Assembly: GCA_051362555.1 (NCBI GenBank)
Contig: CM120647.1
Span: forward strand, 2,604,001-2,668,000
Direction of reading: 5' to 3'
DNA from: Lingula anatina
Taxonomy: Eukaryota > Animalia > Brachiopoda
DNA: 64,000 nucleotides
The notes below the pieces were generated by a model, which ran no database searches, was not told the DNA's origin, and saw nothing but the letters and a program-made list of their open reading frames with translations. The first letter of the stretch is position 1. Each line of letters opens with the position of its first letter. Shown in pieces: positions 54,801 through 64,000 of this stretch. The translations under genes were made by a program, and so were the position numbers.

Positions 54801-57732
54801 AGAATAGACACAATAAACAGAATATAAAGAAACACATAGATATACAGTGACAACACCATCATTCAGTGCAACAGTAATGATTACAAACAAAGAGTGACAA
54901 AACTTACATACACAGTGCTCACAATATATACAAACATCAACAGTATTGACGCTAACATACATGTTGATCACAATAAATAGAATTGCAACAATGACAGCAC
55001 AAATATGTACAGTAATGTTAATAATTACGAAGAAAAATGAGGAGAAACAGAATAACACAGTGATCATAATTATATGCAGACACAAACAGTAACAACACAA
55101 ACAAACACAGAAATCAAAATAAATATAAACATGTACATTGATAACAGTAACTAGCACCGAAATGATAATGAACCCAAGAAAAAAAGGATTGAAAACATAG
55201 CCCAAGACAGTCATTACAATAATTACAAACACATTCAGTAACAATACAGAATAGACACAGCAAACAGAATATAAACAGACACACAGATATACTGTGACAA
55301 CAACATCATAGTAATGATTACAAACAGATTCACAAAACTAACATACACAGTGATCACAATATATACAAACACATACAGTGACAACACCAACATGCACAGT
55401 AATTGAAATGATTACTAAAAAAACACTGTCACAATACAGACATACACAGTGATTAGAAAAAAATTGACATGTACAGTGATATCAGTAACTTGCACAGAAA
55501 AGAGAATGAACACAGGGAAAAAGAGTGAAAAAAAAAAAAAAATAGCCGCAGACAGTCATCCCAATATGTACAAACACATTCAGTAACAATACAGAATAGA
55601 CATAGCAAACGCAATATAAGCAGACACATAGACATATAATTACTACACCAACATTCAGAGTAACAGTAACAGTAATGATTACAAACAAATAAAGTGACAA
55701 AACAGACAAACACAGTTATCAGAATACATGGAAATACATGCAGTGACAATATAGAATAGACACAGCAAACAGAATATAAACAGACACACAGATCAAGACA
55801 TACACTGAAAGCACCATCATTCACCTCAATAGTAATGATAATAAATAGAACAGAATAACACAGAGTGAAAACATAGCCCTACACAGTCATCAGAATAATT
55901 ACTAACAAACAGTCACAATACAGACATACACAGTGATCAGAAAAAATTTTGACATGTACAGTGACAATAGTAACATGCACCATAATAAGAATAAACACAA
56001 GGAAAAAGATTGAAAACAAAGCCGCACACAGTCATCACAATTTGTACAAAAACATTCAGTAACAATACAAAATAGGCACAGCAAACACAATTTAAACAGA
56101 CACATAGACATACAGTGACAACCCCTCAGAGTAATAGTAATGATTACAAACAGAGTGACAAAACTGACATACACATTCCCTCATCAACATCAAAAGTAAA
56201 GTAACGACACCAACGTACATGGTGATCACAATAAATGGAATTGCAACAATGACAACACAAATATGTACAATAATGTTAATGATTACAAAGACAAAAGAGG
56301 AGAAACAGAATAACACAGTGATCATAATTATATGGAGACACAAACAGTAACAACATAAACACAGTGCTCAAAATAAATATAAACATGTATATTGTCACAT
56401 AGAAATGAGCACCGAAATGACAAACAAACACAGTGATCAATATAAATATAAACATGTACATTGATAACAGTAACTTCCACCATAATGACAATGAACATAA
56501 GGAAAAAGAGTGAAAACATAGCCCAACACAGTCATTACAATAAATACAAACACATTCAGTAACAATACAGAATAGACACAGCAAACAGAATATAAACAGA
56601 CACACAGATATACAGTGACAACCCCATCATGCAGAGTAATAGTAATGATTACAAACAGAGTGACAAAACTGACATACACATTCGCTCATCAACATCAAAA
56701 GTAAAGTAAAGACACCAACGTACATGGTGATCAAAATAAATAGAATTGCAACAGTGACAACACAAATATGTACAGTAATGTTAATGATTATAAAGAAAAA
56801 AAGAGTACAAACACACTCATACAGTGGTCAGATTTATATGCAGACTCAAACAGTAACAACATAAACACAGTGCTCAAAATAAATATAAACATGTATATTG
56901 TCACATAGAAATGAGCACCGAAATGACAATAAAAACAAGAAAAAAGAGTGAAAACATAGCCCTACACAGTCATTACAATATATACAAACACATTCAGTAA
57001 CAATACAGAAAAGAAACAGCAAACAGAATATTTATAACAGACATATAGACATACATTGACAACACCATCATTCAGCGCAATAGTAATGATAACAAACAAA
57101 TAGAGTGACAAAACTGATGTACACAATGCTCACAATAAATACAAGCACGTACAGTAACAACACAAACATGCACAGTCATCAAAATGAATATTAATATATA
57201 CAGTGACAACAATGTGCAATGTAATGACAATGAACACCAAGAAAAAGAGTGAAAACATAGACCTACACAGTCATCACAATATATACAAACACATTCAGAA
57301 ACAATATAGAATAGACACAAAAAACAGAATATAAAGAAACACATAGACATACAGTGACAACACCATTATTCAGTGCAACAGTAATGATTACAAACAAAGA
57401 GTTACAAAACTTACATACACAGTGCTCACAATATACACAAACATCAACAGTATTGACGCTAACATACATGTTGATCACAATAAATAGAATTGCAACAATG
57501 ACAGCACAAATATGTACAGTAATGTTAATAATTACAAAGAAAAAAGAGGAGAAACAGAATAACACAGTGATCATAATTATATGCAGACACAAACAGTAAC
57601 AACACAAACAAACACAGTAATCAAAATAAGTATTAACATGTACATTGACAACAGTAACTAGCACCAAAATGATAATGAACCCAAGAAAAAAAGGATTGAA
57701 AACATAGCCCAAAACAGTCATTACAATAATTA

Positions 57733-58251
57733 AAGACTGTATTTTTTAAGATCATTGAGAACTTTTACTGATAGTGTGCCTATTTTAGTCAATTTTTATA
57801 GGTGTGTAATTGAAAGCATTCTAGCGTACGGAATTATAATATGGTATAGCGGAACAGCTGGGGAGGAAAGGAAGAAATTAGCAAACGTTGTAAACACTGC
57901 AAGCAGGATTATCGGACAAGATCTCCCCAAGCTGGATGATATTTTTAAGGACAGGATGGAGAAAAGAATTGTCAACACCATGAAAGACGCTTTCCATCCT
58001 GCATCCTCTCTTTTTACTTTTTTACCAAGCAACAGTAGACTTTTAACTTTTAAAGGCAGTAAACGCTTTTTAAACAGCTTTTATCCAAGTGCAGTGACGC
58101 ATTTTAATTTGATCTCAAAGCTAAATTCTTAATTTATTTATTTATTTATTATTTTATTATTTTACTCTGTATATTGCTCCAATGGAAAATGATTTCCGAT
58201 TTTTATAATTGGCTAAATAAACTCTTATCTTATCTTATCTTATCTTATCTT
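57733..58251 (+). mobile_element. Second copy of the Rex1/Babar-like LINE fragment
   Basis: Same junctions and same peptide as 35674-36192, offset 22059. Confidence 0.85.
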
Positions 58252-59257
58252 AAACACATTCAGTAACAATACAGAATAGACACAGCAAACAGAATATAAA
58301 CAGACACACAGATATACGGTGACAACAACATCATAGTAATGATTACAAACAAATAGAGTGACAAAACTAACATACACAGTGATCACAATATATACAAACA
58401 CATACAGTGACAACACCAACATGCACAGTAATCGAAATGATTACTAAAAAACACTGTCACAATACAGACATACACAGTGATTAGAAAAAAATTGACATGT
58501 ACAGTGATATCAGTAACTTGCACAGAAAAGAGAATGAACACAGGGAAAAAGAGTGAAAAAAAAAATAGCCGCAGACAGTCATCCCAATATGTACAAACAC
58601 ATTCAGTAACAATACAGAATAGACATAGCAAACGCAATATAAGCAGACACATAGACATATAATTACTACACCAACATTCAGAGTAACAGTAACAGTAATG
58701 ATTACAAACAAATAAAGTGACAAAACAGACAAACACAGTTATCAGAATACATGGAAATACATGCAGTGACAATATAGAATAGACACAGCAAACAGAATAT
58801 AAACAGACACACAGATCTAGACATACACTGAAAGCACCATCATTCACCTTAATAGTAATGATAATAAATAGAACAGAATAACACAGAGTGAAAACATAGC
58901 CCTACACAGTCATCAGAATAATTACTAACAAACAGTCACAATACAGACATACACAGTGATCAGAAAAAATTTTGACATGTACAGTGACAATAGTAACATG
59001 CACCATAATAAGAATAAACACAAGGAAAAAGATTGAAAACAAAGCCGCACACAGTCATCACAATTTGTACAAAAACATTCAGTAACAATACAAAATAGGC
59101 ACAGCAAACACAATTTAAACAGACACATAGACATACAGTGACAACCCCTCAGAGTAATAGTAATGATTACAAACAGAGTGACAAAACTGACATACACATT
59201 TCCTCATCAACATCAAAAGTAAAGTAACGACACCAACGTACATGGTGATCACAATAA

Positions 59258-59510
59258 GTGATAGATACAATACGAGTCGCCGAGCTGTACGTGAAATATT
59301 ACGAGTGTATTGGCGAGCCGCAGGCGAGACAATACACGAGTAATTTTCACGTACAGCTCGGCGACGAGTGTTGTATCTGGCTTAAACCACGGCCTCTGAT
59401 TGGCTACTACACTAGTAGTGCAAGAGACCGTGGAACGCACTCGTACATGACGTGCTTGTATGTCGAATACAGCACGGCCGAATCTTTTGTTCTACGCGCT
59501 AGCCGTGGTT
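59258..59510. mobile_element. Second copy of the 253-bp hairpin element
   Basis: Same junctions as 37199-37451, offset 22059. Differs at 3 clustered bases next to the loop. Confidence 0.8.
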
Positions 59511-62500
59511 TAAATGGAATTGCAACAATGACAACACAAATATGTACAATAATGTTAATGATTACAAAGACAAAAGAGGAGAAACAGAATAACACAGTGA
59601 TCATAATTATATGGAGACACAAACAGTAACAACACAAACAAACATAGTGATCAAAATAAATAAAAACATGTACATTGACAACAGTAACTTGCACTATAAT
59701 GACAATGAACACAAGGAAAAAGAGTAAAAACATAGCCCAACACAGTCATTTCAATAAATACAAACACATTCAGTAACAATACAGAATAGACACAGCAAAC
59801 AGAATATAAACAGACACACAGATATACAGTGACAACCCCATCATGCAGAGTAATAGTAATGATTACAAACAGAGTGACAAAACTGACATACACATTCGCT
59901 CATCAACATCAAAAGTAAAGTAAAGACACCAACGTAAATGGTGATCACAATAAATGGAATTGCAACAGTGACAACACAAATATGTACAGTAATGTTAATG
60001 ATTATAAAGAAAAAAAGAGTACAAACACACTCATACAGTGGTCAGATTTATATGCAGACACAAACAGTAACAACATAAACAAACACAGTGCTCAAAATAA
60101 ATATAAACATGTATATTGTCGCATAGAAATGAGCACCGAAATGACAATAAACACAAGAAAAAAGAGTGAAAACATAGCCCTACACAGTCATTAAAATATA
60201 TACAAACACATTCAGTAACAATACAGAATAGAAACAGCAAACAGAATATTTATAACAGACATATAGACATACATTGACAACACCATCATTCAGCGCAATA
60301 GTAATGATAACAAACAAATAGAGTGACAAAACTGATGTACACAATGCTCACAATAAATACAAGCACGTACAGTAACAACACAAACATGCACAGTCATCAA
60401 AATGAATATTAATATATACAGTGACAACAATAATGTGCAATGTAATTACAATGAACACAAGGAAAAAGAGTGAAAACATAGACCTACACAGTCATCACAA
60501 TATATACAAACATATTCAGAAACAATATAGAATAGACACAAAAAACAGAATATAAAGAAACACATAGATATACAGTGACAACACCATCATTCAGTGCAAC
60601 AGTAATGATTACAAACAAAGAGTGACAAAACTGATATACACAGTTCTCACAATATATACAAACATCAACAGTATTGACGCTAACATACATGTTGATCACA
60701 ATAAATAGAATTGCAACAATGATAGCACAAATATGTACAGTAATGTTAATAATTACGAAGAAAAAAGAGGAGAAACAGAATAACACAGTAATCAAAATAA
60801 ATATAAACATGTATATTGATAACAGTAACTAGCACCGAAATGATAATGAACCCAAGAAAAAAAGGATTGAAAACATAGCCCAGACAGTCATTACAATAAT
60901 TACAAACACATTCAGTAACAATACAGAATAGACACAGCAAACAGAATATAAACAGACACACAGATATACAGTGACAACAACATCATAGTAATGATTACAA
61001 ACATACAGATTGACAAGACTAACATACACAGTGATCACAATATATACAAACACATACAGTGACAACACCAACATGCACAGTAATCGAAATGATTACTTAA
61101 AAACACTGTCACAATACAGACATACACAGTGATTAGAACAAAATTGACATGTACAGTGATATCAGTAACTTGCACAGAAAAGAGAATGAACACAGGGAAA
61201 AAGAGTGAAAAAAAAAATAGCCGCAGACAGTCATCCCAATATGTACAAACACATTCAGTAACAATACAGAATAGACATAGCAAACGCAATATAAGCAGAC
61301 ACATAGACATATAATTACTACATTAACATTCAGAGTAACAGTAATGATTACAAACAAATAGAGTGACAAAACAGACAAACACAGTCATCAGAATACATGG
61401 AAATACATGCAGTGACAATATAGAATAGACACAGCAAACAGAATATAAACAGACACACACAGATCTAGACATACATTGAAAGCACCATCATTCACCTCAA
61501 TAGTAATGATAATAAATAGAACAGAATAACACAGTGATCATAATTATATGGAGACACAAACAGTAACAACACAAACAAACATAGTGATCAAAATAAATAT
61601 AAACATGTACATTGACAACTCGCACCGTATTGACAATGAACACAAGGAAAAAGAGTGAAAACATAGCCCTACACAGTCATCAGAATATATACAAACACGT
61701 TCAGTAACAATATAGAATAGACACAGAAAACAGAATATAAAACAAACACATAGACATACATTGACAAAAACATCATTTAGTGCAAAGTACATGAACAGTA
61801 ATGATTACAAACAAAGAGTGACAAAACTGATGTACACAGTGCTCACAATAAATACAAGCACGTACAGTAACAACAAAAGAGTGAAAACATAGCCCTACAC
61901 AGTCATTACAATATATACAAACACATTCAGTAACAATACAGAATAGAAACAGCAAACAGAATACATATAACAGACATATAGACATACATTGACAACACCA
62001 TCATTCAGCGCAATAGTAATGATAACAAACAAATAGAGTGACAAAACTGACGTACACAGTGCTTACAATATATACAAACATCAACAGTAATGATGCTAAC
62101 ATACTTGTTGATCACAATTAATAGAATTGCAACAATGACAGCACAAATATGTACAGTAATGTAAATGATTACAAAGAAAAAAAAGTACAAACAGACTTAT
62201 ACAGTGATCAGATTTATATGCAGACACAAACAGTAACAACACAAACAAACACAGTGATCAATATAAATATAAACATGTACATTGTCAACAGTAACTTGCA
62301 CCATAATGACAATGAACATAAGGAAAAAGAGTGAAAACATAGCCCAACACAGTCATTACAATAAATACAAACACATTCAGTAACAATACAGAATAGACAC
62401 AGCAAACAGAATATAAACAGACACACAGATATACAGTGACAACAACATCATAGTAATGATAATAAACAATCAGAGTGACAAAATCAACATACACAGTAAT

Positions 62501-64000
62501 CACAATAAGTAGAAACACCTACAGTGACAACAGCAACATGCACAGTAATGAATATAATTACTAACAAACACTGTCACAATACAGATGTACACAGTGATCA
62601 GAAAAAATTTTGACATGTACAGTGACAATTGTAACATGCATCATAATTAGAATGAACACAAGCAAAAAGATTGAAAACATAGCCGCACACAGTCATGAAA
62701 ATAATTACTAACAAACAGTCACAATACAGACATACACAGTGATCAGAAAAAAATTTGACATGTACAGTGACAATAGTAACGTGCACCATAATAAGAATGA
62801 ACACAAGCAAAAAGATTGAAAACAGCCACATAGTCATCAAAATAATTACTAACAAACACAGACACAATACAGACATACACAGTGATCAGAAAAAAAATTT
62901 GACGTGTACAGTGACAACAGTAACATGCACCATAATAAGAATAAACACAAGGAAAAAGATTGAAAAAATAGCCGCACACAGTCATCAAAATCATTACTAA
63001 CAAACACAGTCACAATACAGATATACACAGTGATCAGAAAAAAATTTGACATGTACAGTGACAACAGTAACGTGCACCATAATAAGAATGAACACAAGGA
63101 AAAAGATTGAAAACAAAGCCCCACACAGTCATCACAATTTGTACAAAAACATTCAGTAACAATACAAAATAGGCACAGCAAACACAATTTAAAGAGACAC
63201 ATAGACATACAGTGACAACCCCATCATGCAGAGTAATAGTAATGATTACAAACAGAGTGACAAAACTGACATACACATTTGCTCATCAATATCAAAAGTA
63301 AAGTAACGACACCAACGTATAATACGTACAATAAATGGAATTGCAACAGTGACAACACAAATATGTACAGTAATGTTAATGATTACAAAGAAAAAAGAGG
63401 AGAAACAGAATAACACAGTGATCATAATTATATGGAGACACAAACAGTAACAACACAAACAAACATAGTGATCAAAATAAATAAAAACATGTACATTGAC
63501 AACAGTAACTCGCATCGTAATAACAATGAACACAAGGAAAAAGAATGAAAACATAGCCTTACACAGTAATCATGATATATACAAACACATTTAGTAACAA
63601 TATAGAATAGACACTGAAAACATAATATAAACAAACACATAGAAATGATTACAAAGAAATAGAGTGAAAAAACTAACAAACACATTGATCACAATAAATA
63701 CAAACACGTACAGTGACGAGAGCAACATGCACAGTAATGAAAATAATTACTATCAAACACAGTCATAATATAGACATACATAGTGATCAGAAAAAATTTG
63801 ACATGTACAGTGACAATAGTAACGTGCACCATAATGATAAGAATGAACACAAGCAAAAAGATTGAAAACATAACCGCACACAGTCAGCAAAATAATTACT
63901 AACAAACAATGACAATACAAACATACACAGTGATCAGAAAAAAATTTAACATGTACAGTGACAATAGTAACGTGCACCATAATAATAAGAATGAACACAA

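Larger units (their letters stand above)
30790..64000. repeat. Large strand-asymmetric A/C-rich satellite (~48-49-bp monomer variants) with higher-order duplications
   Basis: Monomer is approximately ACAGTGACAANACNAACATRC + ACAGT(G/C)ATCACAATAWATACAAACACAT. Identical ORF-track peptides recur at offsets 2506, 6145, 9314 and 22059-22066. The array continues past the window end. Confidence 0.97.

Noticed and set aside
18984-63998. Hundreds of short Cys/Val/Ile/Leu/Phe-rich minus-strand ORFs and Thr/Asn/Gln-rich plus-strand ORFs
   Set aside because: They are a compositional by-product of the TG-rich satellite strand. They overlap in all frames, the monomer length varies and is mostly not a multiple of 3, and there is no splice-consistent model or known domain.

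Overview
Eukaryotic (metazoan, probably invertebrate) AT-rich DNA with three zones. (1) 875-13286: a complete 19-exon DDX54/Dbp10 DEAD-box helicase gene on the + strand. My hand-spliced model gives 866 aa with consistent exon phases. It includes one U12-type GT-AG intron, a 2.1-kb TTAA-flanked Kolobok-like element and a 59-bp minisatellite in intron 3. (2) ~14.5-30.8 kb: a transposon graveyard interleaved with degenerate copies of an A/C-rich satellite. It holds Tc1 relics, a full-length dead Tc1 with TIRs, a Gypsy integrase/3'-LTR fragment bracketed by a 102-bp inverted repeat, a solo LTR, a Helentron-type HINE, a LINE 3' end and 160-190-bp repeat blocks. (3) ~30.8-64 kb, running off the window: a strongly strand-asymmetric satellite built from ~48-49-bp monomer variants (21 + ~28 bp). 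It is organised into 145-148-bp trimers and nested duplications with offsets of ~2.5, 6.1, 9.3 and 22.06 kb. Two passenger insertions mark the duplications: a Rex/Babar-like LINE 3' end and a 253-bp hairpin element. The most unusual signals are the 12-RSS-like geometry (CACAGTG-12 nt-ACAAA[C/A]AC[A/C]) of the 28-bp half-monomer, and the hairpin element with GNA-triloop and tandem G.A motifs that is apparently template-switch corrected in one copy. The many Cys/Val/Ile/Leu-rich ORFs in the satellite are treated as artefacts. All coordinates were read by eye and no database searches were run.
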